A stretch of 64,000 nucleotides of DNA, from positions 2,094,968 to 2,158,967 of the forward strand of contig MU054338.1 in NCBI GenBank assembly GCA_013239625.1, read 5' to 3'. Within the stretch, counting starts at the first letter, position 1. Each line of letters opens with the position of its first letter. The position numbers and the translations under genes are program-made. The notes beneath the pieces were generated by a model. The model had not been told where the DNA came from and made no database searches. It saw nothing but the letters and a program-made list of their open reading frames with translations. Origin of the DNA: Lama guanicoe. Lineage: Eukaryota. Shown piece after piece: positions 10,539 to 22,400 of this stretch.

Positions 10539-13524
10539 CCGCGCCCACAGCCGCCCTGAGGCTGCGGGCTTGGCCCAGGTGAGCCCCCAGGCAGCCCCAT
10601 CCCCATCCCCCACCCCGCCCCACCCCCGTCTTGTCCGCACTCCCTCCTCATTCTCCAAACCCTCCCCAGGCTGGGGGGATGCTGCAAGAGGCTACAAGGA
10701 GTCCCCAGGTTTGGTTGACAGGGACAGAGATGGACGAAGACACCCCCAATCTCCCTCTGTGGTCAGGGCTGGAACCAGAGCAGTAGGATGGGAGTGGGGA
10801 GGGTGGTTAGGGGATCCTTCCTGGAGAAGGCTTTGAAGGATGAATAGAAGTTCGTCTGAGAGGTGGGGTTTGGTCTGGGGTGGAGTGGGCTGTGGGAAGG
10901 GGCTTCTGTCCTGTGCTGTGAATCTGTTCTCCCAGCTGGGCTCCTCTGAGAGCTCTTTGCTTGGCATAATGCATACCAATGAGTTGATGGGAGAATGGAA
11001 TTTTTGCCCTCAGCCATGGCATGCTGGGGGGGGGCTATCAGGGGGAATCCAAAGGAACGAACAAATCCCCAAGCGTGTTTGTGCCATTAGTGTGAACAAC
11101 TCTGTCCAATCATCACCTTCTTTGGGGGAATGAACTGTGAGCCTGAGGGGCCAATGGGGAAATTTACAACGAGCTCACGCCTTGACAAGGCTCATCTGTG
11201 AAGTGGGCCCATGCACGTGGCCTCCCCCAGAGGCAGTGGGACGGATCCCCGCAGGGCACTCGGTGTTTTCCCAGCTGAGCCCGGGTCCTGCCACCTGGGA
11301 ATCTCGTTTCCTCTTAATCGTCGTCGCTGCGTCATCACAGAGGATGTCCTGGGATCTGGTGTGAAGCAGGTGCTCAGTGAGGGGCTGTTCCTGCTCCCAG
11401 GAACCCTGCTCCCAGCACCCACAGATTCGAGGGTGTTCAGTCACGGGGTCGTGTGTCTTTGGGAGCGACGGAAATCCACCCCTGGAAGCCAGCAACAGGC
11501 AATCTGCGTTTGGACAAGTTGACAGCAATTCCTCACTGAGCATCTACTGTGCGCCAGGCACTGTTTCCAGCCGTGAATGAACCGAAATGGGATTGGGGAG
11601 CTGCTTCATGGAGCTTCAGTGGCAGGGAGCAGGGGAGAGGAGGCAGAAATAAACATTTGCCCCAAGTGGCCAGATGAGGGCATGGGTTTGATGACCCTCA
11701 GTCCCTTCCAAGCTGGGTGTGTCAGCCTCTAGACCCCAAAATGGACTTTCTGAAAAGATAGGGTCCCTTGGGTTCCAGACCCTAGCCTGGCCAGGGCAGG
11801 GGTGGGGGTGGGAGGTGATGTCCTCTGCTGACCTGTGCCCTCATCGCCACACCCTAACGCCCCTCCCTTCTCCGCCAGGTGAGGGGCCTTCCCACCCCAG
11901 GAGGGTTTCCCGCTTCCATCCGATCCAGGACTTTACCGTAAATTACAACTGAGTTTGGACACCAGCCCCCACCTCCTCTCCCTTCTTCCTTGTCCCCCTC
12001 CCCAAAATGTGAAACACTACTGAAGGCCACACGGAGCTGGGATGGGGCTTCGTGGTCTGCGAGGGGCTCCTGAGTTGGGGGCCAAGGGGCTGACTGCCCC
12101 TTCTGGGAGATTTCCTCGCTCCCCCCACAACACAACCTTTGTGGCTTCCCCGAATGAAATCGCAACTTTTCCTATATATATACATGCATATATATAGAGA
12201 GCTATAGACGGTATATATATTTTTTGAGTATAGATCATGGGACCAAACCTTTCCGACTTCCTTCCATCTAAGAGAAGGTGGCCCTGGGCAGGTCACTCAG
12301 CAGGGACACTCAGAAGGGCTGAGGCTGGTGGGGCAGCCCAGTGTCTCCCCACCTCCCGCTGTCATGTCAGACCAGGGCACCAGGCGAAGCACTGAGAATC
12401 ATCAGCCGACGCGATATACCTCCAGGACTTTTGACCCCTGCCACCGACGAGATTCTCGCGGGCCTGTGGGCTCAGCTGGCTTCAGTGTCCCTGGTCCTAG
12501 CTGCAGCTTCCGGAACCTCCTCCCCCTCCTCATCCCAGGGCCCTACCTTCCCCGGATGTAGGCACAAAAGAGACCCCTTGGCCTCCCCCAGTCCTTCCCC
12601 CCAGTCATAGCCTTACTCATGTGACCAATAGCCCTTAGCTTTCCGTGTCGGGGGCAGACAGGGGCGGGGGCGGGGAGCCCCCACCCAGAACCCCCTCCCA
12701 AGGGCAGGCGGCCACCCTCCCTGCCTTTGGATCACCAGCCTGGAATCCACAATCTCATGACCAAGATTGCCACGTGCACTAGACAAACCCGACCTGCACC
12801 CCTTCACCGGAGATACCTCTACAAAGAATTTTTTTTTTGGTCTTTCTGAGCAGGTACAAAGAAGAAAAGACATGAGGAAAAAAATCAAATGACAATGGAT
12901 TTTTGTTTTCTAGTTGGGGAGGAGAGGACTATGCTTTGTGGGGGGGCGGGGCTCTGTATAGCTACCCAAACCGTGAAAACCCTTCTTGAAGCACAGAGTC
13001 AAGTTTTTTTTTTTTTCGGACATCCGGTGGGGCCTCTTGCCAGATGAGGCACCAGAGAACTTAATAAGCTCAAGAAAAAAAAATTTTAAAGAAAAAAAAA
13101 GCACTCCCTTTTGTTTCTACCAAATGTGTTGACCGACCCAGAAAAAAAAAAAAAGGAAAAAAAAATAGCAAAAAAGGGAAAAAAAAAGGAAAAAAAATCT
13201 TCTGACCAACCTGTTTCGATATTCCAGTTTGATAATTGTTCCAAGACCCTCTCTAGCGTGCCTGTGTCCCGTGCGTCTGCGTGTACAAGTGTGTGCTCAG
13301 GGGCGGCGGGGTCCCATCCGTGTCCCGCCCCGCCCCGCCCCCCGCCAGGCCTGCTTGGGAGTGCGTGCTGGCGTGCAGTGGCGTGTGTCCTCTGGTCCAT
13401 GTTTACTGGCTGTAAATACCATTTTTATACTCCACATCAAAGACCTACGTGATTTGTACGATGTACTTTATTTCTGCTACGAGTAATTTCATGAAGTTTC
13501 AACTTGCAAAACGACTTTTGGAGA

Positions 13525-13527
<3 letters not shown>

Positions 13528-13565
<38 letters not shown>
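13528..13565 (+). repeat. (CA)n microsatellite in the CELF5 3' UTR
   Basis: Pure CA run. Confidence 0.95.
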
Positions 13566-13567
<2 letters not shown>

Positions 13568-13720
13568 AAGACAAGAAAAAGACTTGGAGGGAACTTTGGG
13601 TTGACTTGGTTTGAATCTCGAGGTCCTCGTCACTGTGGCGTGTTTCAGGTGAGAGGCTGCAGGGGTCATCCTAATGTCCAAAATGCCTCTCTTTGGTCTG
13701 GAGAAACTGAAAGTTTATTT

Positions 13721-13726
13721 AATAAA
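13721..13726 (+). terminator. Polyadenylation signal of CELF5
   Basis: AATAAA in a U-rich context at the end of the UTR-like block. Transposon-derived sequence resumes about 250 bp later. Confidence 0.75.
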
Positions 13727-14114
13727 AGTTTTACTTGCTAAAAGACTGAGTTCTCCCTCATTTGCCCTGTTTCATCGAAAAAGACCAAGTGCATTGGGTG
13801 TCTGGACTAGAGATCAATCTAGATTTAGAGGGAGGGTTTGCAGGAGGAGAAGGAAGGTCGGTCGTTCCCATGGTCAGGATTCTGTCTGATTCATCCTGAC
13901 ATTGAAGAAATGGGAGTGTTCTTTCTCCAGAAAATTAGGTACATTTTGTTGATTCATACGTCCATTCATTCATTCAACAAACGTTTACTGACTGCCTACT
14001 GAGTGCCTGAGCCTCTGCTGGGGTCAGGGACACAGCAGTAACCAGTTGGTTCTGGGCTCTGCCCTCAAGGAGTCAGCCAGGAGGTGGGGGCAGGGGAGAT
14101 GCCATACAATATAC

Positions 14115-14890
14115 ATTTTTGTAATTGAGATAAAAATTCACCATTTTTCTTTACCATTTTGAAGTGTACAGTTGAGTGGCATTAAGTACATTCAGGAGGC
14201 TGTGTAACCATCACCACTGTCTAGTTCCTAAAGGTTTCCATCACCCCTAAAAGCAATCCCGTCCCCATTAGCAGTCACTCCCCAACCCCTCCGCAGCCCG
14301 TGGCCACCACGAACCCACTTTCTGTCTGCACAGCAGGAGCTGAACCCAGGCTCTCAGGCTGGTCTCTTACCCACTGTGCTGTCCCACTTCCCTGTGCTGT
14401 GTGGCAGCTGAAATTCAAATGTATCAGATGGTAATTCAGGTTATTATTTGTAGTATTCCAATTTAAGCTTTGAAATTTAACTCAAAGCTGTTAAACATTT
14501 AGAATATGCACCCATATGAAACTGTGGATTTGCCTGTTCACATCAATGGAATCACACAGTGTGTCCTTTTGTATCTGGCTTCTCTCACTGAGCATAGTGT
14601 TCTCAAGGTCCAACCATGTTGTGGCGACTGTCAGTGCTCTGCTCCTTTTAAGGCTGAATATATTCCAGTGTGTGGCGAGACCATTCATCCACCGATTGAG
14701 ATGTTGCCACCTTTGGCCATTGTGAATCATGCTGCTGTAGTGATTCGTGTGTGAGTTTCTGTTTGAACATCTGTTTCAGTTCTCTCAGGTCCATCCTAGG
14801 AGCAGAATTGCTGGATCTTGGTAAATCTGTGTTCCCACCAGCAACGCACAGGAGTTCCTGTTTCTGCGCATCCCCACCTATACTTGTTAC
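14115..14890 (-). mobile_element. L1MB-like 3' end fragment, split by a 187-bp insertion
   Basis: ATTGAGATAAAATTCAC...AAGTGTACAGTT..GTGGCATT...GTAACCATCACCAC and TGGAATCACACAGTGTGTCCTTTTG motifs. Confidence 0.8.
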
Positions 14891-16094
14891 ACAGTCAACG
14901 GAGAAATCTCTCCATTGGACCTGACACAGTCAAGGCCCCGGAAGTGTTCTGAAGAGGTGAGACTTGCAGGAGGTGAGATCCAAGACCTGATGTAGCTTTG
15001 GCTAAAAAAACAAAAACAAAATGGCCTGCAGTTCCAGCACTCCAGTGAAGGCCTCAAAGTTCCTCCCCCAAAATCCTGAGACCCGGGATGGGGGACAGTG
15101 TGCTCCAAGGTAAGGCGTGGAGGTGGGGTATGAGTAAGCGGAGATGGACACACTCAAGCTGAGCCTTTCCAAATTTACGGGAGGGGTACTAGCCACTCAA
15201 TTTAATTAGCCACTTAATATCCTTCCAGGGGCTTTGCAGAAATGGCATCCTTTAATCTGATCAACAACTCATTCCATTTTATAGTTGAGGAAACTGAAGC
15301 TCAGAGACAGGAAGTGCCTTCCTCCAGCTCCTACAGAAAGAACAAGACCCAGCTGGGGTGGGAGCTGGAAAGGTGAGTCTGAGTCCACCTGGAAGGGTTT
15401 TCTGGGTGGAAGGAACAGCATGGGCAAAGACTCAGAGGCTTGGGATGTCGTGGTCGTTAGACCATTGGCTAAGACCATAGCACTGGGTGAAGAGACAGAT
15501 GAGAGGTGATGGGGGCTGGGTCACAGATGTTCCTTTGTGATTGAGCACCTACTGTGTGCCAGACCTTGTCCCCATCTTCCCAAGGTTGCAGCCAAGGAGA
15601 AAGTACTTTGGGACAAAAAAATCAAAAGCACCCCATGTCCAGAAGGAAAAGTAATTCTCAAGCATGCTGAAAGTTATAATCACAAGGAGACCAGCAAGTC
15701 TGGGACATATCTTGATGTCAGTTGGGAGCCACAGAGTGTTTTGAGCAGGGGAGGTGTGGGATCAGGTTGGAGTAATAAGAGAATACCTGGGGTGACCTCT
15801 GTACCGCTGGAGGGGTGTAAATCAGCATTCTGGAGAACGGTTTGGCAGAATACTATACTTACCAAGCATCTATTAAGCATTTACTCTTTGCCAAGCATTC
15901 TTTCAAGCCTGTGTCATACAATACAGTAGCCACTAACCACATGTAGCTATTTATATTTCAATCAATTTGTCAAATTATAACTTTATTCCTCAGTCACACA
16001 GAGCCACATTTCTAGGTCTCCAGAGCCACACGTCCATCACTTCAGGAAGTTCTCTCAGACAACACTGGTCCAACTATTTTACATGACATAACCT

Positions 16095-16235
16095 GCCACG
16101 ACCTCATGAAGTATGTCCTGTGAATAGCCCCACTTTATGAGTCAGTTAACTGAGGCTCAGAGAGGTTAAGTGACTGGCCCAAGGCTGCACAGCAGGAGTT
16201 GAACCCAGGCTCTCAAGCTAGTCTTTTAACCACTG
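16095..16235 (-). mobile_element. MIR SINE (representative of many MIR fragments in the window)
   Basis: AACTGAGGCTCAGAGAGGTTAAGTGACT.GCCCAAGG MIR core. Confidence 0.75.
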
Positions 16236-16486
16236 TGCTGTCCCACTTCCCTGTGCTGTGTGATGGCTGAAATTCAAATGTATCAGATTGTAATTCAAGT
16301 TATTATTTGTAGTATTCCAATTTAAGCTTTGAAATTTAACTCAAAGTTTTTAAACATTTAGAATATGCACCTGTACCAAACAGTGACTCTACCTGAGGGT
16401 CTCCATAGAGTGAATAAAGGTGTGCTTGGGATGGCTATGATGTAGGTGTGCAGCCAGGGGCAACAGGCTAAGTGACATCCAGGGTA

Positions 16487-17012
16487 AATCAGTTAGTTAC
16501 TGCTGCATAACAATTTAACCTCCCCCAAACTGAGCCACTTAAAACACCACACATTTATTATCTCACCCAGTTTGCACAGGTCAGGAATCCAGGAGTAACT
16601 TAGGTGAGTGGTTCTGGTTCAGGGTCTCTCACAAGGTCACAGTCAAGGTATTAGCTGGGGCTGCCTCACCTGAAGGCTGGACTAGGGCTGGGGGAGCTGT
16701 TTCAAGCTGGCTCCCTCACATGGCTATTGGCTGGAGACCCTAGTTCCTCCTCACCATGTGGACCTTTCTATAGGGCTGCTCACTACAGGGCAGCTGGCAT
16801 CCCCCAGACAGAGTGTGACCCAAAGTGAGGGAAGGAGAGAAGACACTGCCTGTTTTGACTTATCTCTCCAGGTAACATGCCATCCCTTCTGCTTTATTCT
16901 ATTTGTTAGAGGCAAGATACAAAGTCTAGCCCACAGTCACAGCAGGAGATTACATATGGGCATGAATATCAGGGGGTGGGGCCCATGGGGGCCACCTTGG
17001 AGGATGGCCACT
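16487..17012. mobile_element. MaLR LTR (MLT1-family) solo LTR
   Basis: CAGTTAGTTACTGCTGCATAACAA...ATTTATTATCTCAC...GTCAGGAATCCAGG motifs. Confidence 0.7.
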
Positions 17013-18634
17013 GCAGGGGAGCATTACCCGGTGGGATACCATGTGGTCCTTGGAGAGTGTAATCATCTCCAGGTCATGTTAGGCGAAAAGGAGAGATGCA
17101 GAAAATACACAGCAGGAAGCAACCCATGTGTCTGTGTGTGTGCGTGTTTAAATGTATACACGTATAGTACTAAATTCATCGCTCTTAAGTCTGGAGGCTT
17201 AAACTTAAACTGGAGACCGCCCAGGGTTTGAATCCCACTTATGAGAATTATCAGACCAGTGGCCGATCTCTCTGAGGCTCAGCCTCCCCCCCAACTCTGG
17301 AAAAGTGAGGACAATCAAGCACAAGCTTTTGAGGGTTGTTGTGGGAGTGAACGAATCCATATTTGTGAAGCCCAGAGTAACCGCGACGCAAGTGTCAAAT
17401 CAATCCCGCTGAAATTAACTTTCCAGCGGCTTCGCCCCTGGCCACCAGGAGGGGGCAGCAGAAACTCATGCCTTCCTTCGGTACTATTGATGCCTTCACT
17501 TGAAAGGCCGCAAGCATTTACTGAGCGCCCGGTGGGTGTCGCGGCCCGCTGTGGACTGCATGAGGGGTGAGGAGACCCCTGGGCTCTCTCCTAGGACATA
17601 AAAGCTACTTTGCCCAAATTCCTTAGCCAGTGCCTTAAAGCCTGTGGGATCGGCCCCACCTCCCTTCTGTTGCCTCCTCTCTCCAGATTGAATGTGTTAC
17701 TGCCGCCAGGCTTTTACACGTGCGGTTCCCCGCGCAGGGAAACTCTCCCATCCTGGAGTTCTCAGACGCTGGACTGGCACGGAGACACACAAAGTCTTCC
17801 GAGCACAGGGAATGGCACGGTGGTCAAACAGCCTGACGTGGGACCTGAGGCCCACAAGAACAGAGACATGTTTGCCTCTGTCCTCAGTATTTGCTGAGCT
17901 ATTCAAGGTTTGCATGCCTTTGAGCAGCCTCATTCTTCCTCCAAGCCTCAGTTTCCTCATCTGTAAAATACTTTGCCCCATCTAGGATTGCTGAGACGAT
18001 CAAGGACACGAATGCGCACGAATAACAAACCTTGTCATCATAACATAACATTGTAAGAAGGCAAAACAGGATCTCCTGAATCAGAAAAGTGAACTCTCGG
18101 ACAGTATTCCTACTGTATTCGAATGTCAACAAGCCCTTATGGAGCGCCTGTGGTGTGCTAGGCTCTGCTGTAGGTAGGTTCTGGAGACGCTGCAGAGAAC
18201 AAAACGCACGAAAATCCTCTGACCACGCCCCCAGGTCCTCGCCCCGCCCCCTCTCTTTTCCCAGCCTACCAGAAAGGGGTGGGGGTGAGGCTTACCTACA
18301 TATTCGTGAGTCTATCAGCCAATCCGCAGCCTGAAGTCAGGCCTGTCTTTGGAGCAGGGGTGATTGTGACGTCAGGAGTGACGCATTCAGTGATCCTTAA
18401 AGGTGCAGTAACCTCCGATGGAGTAGGGAGTTTGGAACTGACTTGGAACGACACATACCTGCCTTTCTTTGGCGGTCTGTACAATGCAGGTTGGGATGTG
18501 CAAGGCATCGAAACCAGCGCCTACTAGCACCGAAAGAGCGTTGCCATCGTGGGTGAAGTCCAGAGATACGTTTGGAGAGCTCAGTCCCTGCCAGGCACTT
18601 TACTCCAGTGGCAGGTCCCTGCGCGAACTGAAGT

Positions 18635-18662
18635 TTCAGCACCGGGGGTCGCGGACAGCTCC
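18635..18662 (+). promoter_or_regulatory. Non-canonical (long-spacer) RE1/NRSE REST site
   Basis: TTCAGCACC, a 9-nt spacer, then GGACAGCTCC. Confidence 0.6.
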
Positions 18663-18819
18663 AGGGCCCAACCAGAGCGCGCTGTGTGGGTGGGTGTACG
18701 TTGTGCAGAGGGTTCTGGCGACAGGGCCCAGAAAGAGCCCCAGGTCCTCAGCCAGCCCACTGGAACAAGGCCGCCTACTCTCTGCCTGTCTGTCCCCCCA
18801 TCAAAGCCTCAGAGGAGCC

Positions 18820-19480
18820 CAGCCTCAGATCGATGACTCCACCTGACATCTCCAAGGGGATATTCCTCAGGTCAAAATTGTTCCTGGTCCCCAGCCCTGC
18901 TTCTCCCGCGTCGTCCCCATGCCAGCAGATGGCTGTCCCATCCTTCCAAGTGCTGGGGCCAGATATCTTGATGTTATCCCTGACTCCTTTCTTGCTCACT
19001 CCGTAACTAGTCTGTTAGCAAGTTCTATCGCCTCTGCCTTCAAAAGTGTCTCCTAAATTGGCCCACTTCTCCCCTCTCCTGTGCCTCCACTGGTCCAGCC
19101 GCAGGATCTCCCGCCTGGACCTGCGCAGTCCCCTCCACCTTGGTCCTCGGCTCCTGCCCTCACTTCCACAGTCTGTCCTCCCCGCAGCAGCCACCAGAGG
19201 GCGCTTGGGAGCACCTGAGTCAGACCCCGCCCTCCTCTGCCCACAGCCCTCTAGGATTCCCACCTCCTTGAGGGTAAAAGCCCACGTCCTCCCCACGGCC
19301 CACAAGGCCCTGCACGACCTGCTTCTGTACCCTCCCTTCCCTCACCTCCTCCCTCTCTCCTTGCTCACTCCGCTCCAACCACATTGGCCTCCTCCCTGTT
19401 CCTTCAACACACCAGGGACAGTCCTGCCCCAGGGCCTTTTCACTGGCTACACTCTGCATGAAACCCTTTTCCCCAGATAT
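18820..19480 (+). mobile_element. L2-derived element (representative; related copies at ~9400-9650, 25080-25340, 27170-27385, 30500-31130, 38150-38365, 44680-44870, 45060-45720)
   Basis: L2 3' motifs CCACAAGGCCCTGCACGACCTG and CTCACTCCGCTCCA.CCACA.TGGCCTCC...TGTTCCT. Several copies lead to the L2 tail (…AATAAATGTTTGCTGAAT). Confidence 0.75.
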
Positions 19481-22400
19481 CACCTGCAAATTTGTCCTCA
19501 ACTTTCCACTCACAAGAGTAGCCGGGAAGGAGTGGAGGTGGAATAAGTTAGCAAGAGGATGTCGGGCGTCATAGGCCTGGAGACCTGGTGAGGATGTTGA
19601 TTTCTATCACCAAGGCAATAGGGAGCCATGGAGGGTTTTATAGGAGGAAGAGGCGAGACAATCACACCTGCATGTTTTAGGCTACCCCTGGCTGTTGTGT
19701 GGAGAAAGAGGAGGCTTGTGCTGGCTTCCAGGTGGGCAATTGTGTGGCTTAGATGAGGCCAGAGCCACCCAGAATTTGCATCGGCCGAATCTGGTGTCTG
19801 CCTTGATTGTGTTATGTTCCCTAGAGCTCAGTACGGGACTTGGCATACAGCAGGTGCTCAATAAAAGTCTGATGAAGGAAGGAAGGAAGGAAGCAATGTC
19901 CCATGCCCAGATCCCTGGCTTGGAGACATCTGACATTTCATTAGCTCTCACAGCAAAGCTGAAAAGAAGACATCACTGGGCCCACTGTACAGATGGGGAA
20001 ATTGAGGTTCAACGAAAGGAAGAGATTTGCTAGAGCAAATCCAGGCTGACTCAAGAGTCAAGCCCTCTGGGTGGTCATGGAAGGTTTCCAGGGGGAGGCG
20101 GCCTAGAACAGAGGGGATGAGGCTAAGGGCCAGAGGAGGACACTCTTGGCTGCAGGAAGGGCTTGAGAGCTTCGAGGCCTGTGGCTGTAGGAGGATGAAA
20201 TCCAGCTGGAAACCTCACGGGCAGGTTGCCCCGGGCGGGAGGGCCAGGGAAACGGTCCTGAGCTGGGACGGTCTGTCTGGTGCACAGAGGAGGGCTGTGG
20301 GCAGCACCAGCTTCCATGACCCCTGTGCCCAGCCCTGGGAGCCCCCCTCCCCTCAGCTGCACTTCAGAATACCCTCTTTATTTGCAGTTTTGTGCTTTTG
20401 AATGGGACATGTCTGGGTACGTGCTTGGGGCATATTTATTCCATTTGCTATTTTCCCAGCTTCTTGGAACCGTGATTCAATGTCTTTAATTCTGGAAAGT
20501 TCTTGGCCATTCTCTCTTAAAACCTTCTTCTGCCCTCTTTCCCCTGTCCTGCTGGGATTCCAGTTACACATCTGTCAGGTTGTTGGATTTTGTCCTGCAG
20601 CCTTCAGGGGTCCCCAGCGTCTACAACACCTTTCTCACTCTTGATTAGCCTCTTAGCAAAGACACTGTAGGTTTCAGGCTTGATCTGAGTTGGACACAAC
20701 CGTGGAGGGTTTCTTTTTTAATTATATTTCTCTTTACAGCTGCCCTGTTGGACAGGGCGTGGCCAGGTCTCTAGGCCTTTCCTGTTCTCTCTCTCTATCT
20801 CTCCCCGTCTCTGTCTCGCTCTGTGAAGTCTCCCTCCTCCTCCCTTTCCACTGGAAAGGCACCTCCCACATCTGCCTTCCGCCAAAGCCCGGGCTCTGAC
20901 CCGCGCCATCTGAATGCCTCACTCCCACCGCACATCTGTGGGGTAATTGTCTCCCACGACCACAGGGTACCGAGGCAAATTATAGTTACGGGGCGGGGGC
21001 CTCCATGTGGCCAACCGCGTCCGCTGGGCTGGGCCCTGCTGGCCTCAGCTGGGCAAGCTGGCCGAGGCAGGCCCCCGCTCAGGCCCTGGGAGCCATGCCC
21101 AGCCCCTAGCCCTTCCCCAGCCCCCTTGCCAGACCTGCAGCTTTTGTGCCAAGATGAAAATGCCTTTGGGGAAAGTCAGCAGGAAATGCCAATGTTTGCA
21201 AAACCCCGACCCATTATTCATTCATTCATTCACTCAACACGTAGATCACTGAGCGCCTACCCTGTGCCAGGCGCGGCTCCGGGCACTGAGGCCAAAACCG
21301 TGAATGAGCCAGACAGAAGCTGACACCCTCCCCCAAGCCGGGGGCCACAGGCAAGCACTAAGTATAGTGATACAGGAAAGTGAAGCTGGGAGGGGCTGCA
21401 GGGGCGGGGTGGGGAGCACTTGTAGGCCAGGGGCCAGCGGAGCCTCCCTCAGGAGGTGTCATCTGAGCTGAGACCGGATGAAGCGAGGGTGGGAATAGGC
21501 AGGTATTCAGCAACCCCCCCCCCAAGATCGCAGATGTGAGCTCTACCTGCTGTGTGTCCCTGGGCCCCTAACTAAACTTCTCTGAGCCTCTGTTTTCTGG
21601 TCTGTCCTGACCGGGCACAGCTCTGGTGAGGGTGAGTGGTGGTCGTGCACCTGGCATACAGTAGGTGCTCAAGAAACCACAGCTGTGAGTGATGGTGATC
21701 TGAGTAATCTGGTCTCATCCACACACTCGTGCTTTGTCGGGGGTCGATTGGTGGAGCCTGTGGTATGTGGGGCCCAGCGAGGGCTCAGAGTCCCCAAGCT
21801 GGACACAGAAATCTGTCAGTCCTATGTGTTCACAGCCAGGGCCTGGGGCCAGAAGGTGTGGATCGCACAAGGAAATGTGGCTGATAATCCAAACCTCTCG
21901 TGGTGGGAGTAGAGAACGTGCAACCCAGACAAGGTGTGGCTGGGTGTCCTCTCTCTGTCTCTCTCTTCCTGTCTCTCACTCTCTTTGTCTCTGTATCTCT
22001 GTTTCTCTTTATCTCTGTCTGTCTAATTCTGTCACCCTCAGTGGGAGGGAGGGAATGTTGGGCTGGGTTTTGAAGGATGCATAGGAGTCCCCAGGTAACA
22101 AAAGGAGGAAAGGTATGCTAGGCAGAGAAGATAGGGGAAAGCCAGGCCCAGTCCCAGGGGAGACCTTAACCTGGGGACACTAGGGAGTGTGGAGGGTGGC
22201 AAACAAAAAAGTGCTGTGTTTTAGGAAGAATCCTCCGGGTTGTCGAGAGACCAAGCAGAAGGGGTGAGCCCAGGGCAGTCAAATTCCCCGCGTGCTACCA
22301 TCCTCACTCCTGATCCCACAGGGATCAGCTTTGGCACCTGTTCATGTCCAGTTGTGCAGCCAACAACCCCCACCTCCTTCTGTCCACTCCTAATTGGCAG

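Larger units (their letters stand above)
11879..13745 (+). other. CELF5: CELF5 terminal 3' UTR exon (long form; a shorter form may start at 13379)
   Basis: CTAAC branch point 11854-11858, polypyrimidine tract and CAG at 11878. The following sequence lacks transposons, has AT/A-rich UTR-like tracts, and ends near AATAAA at 13721. Confidence 0.65.
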
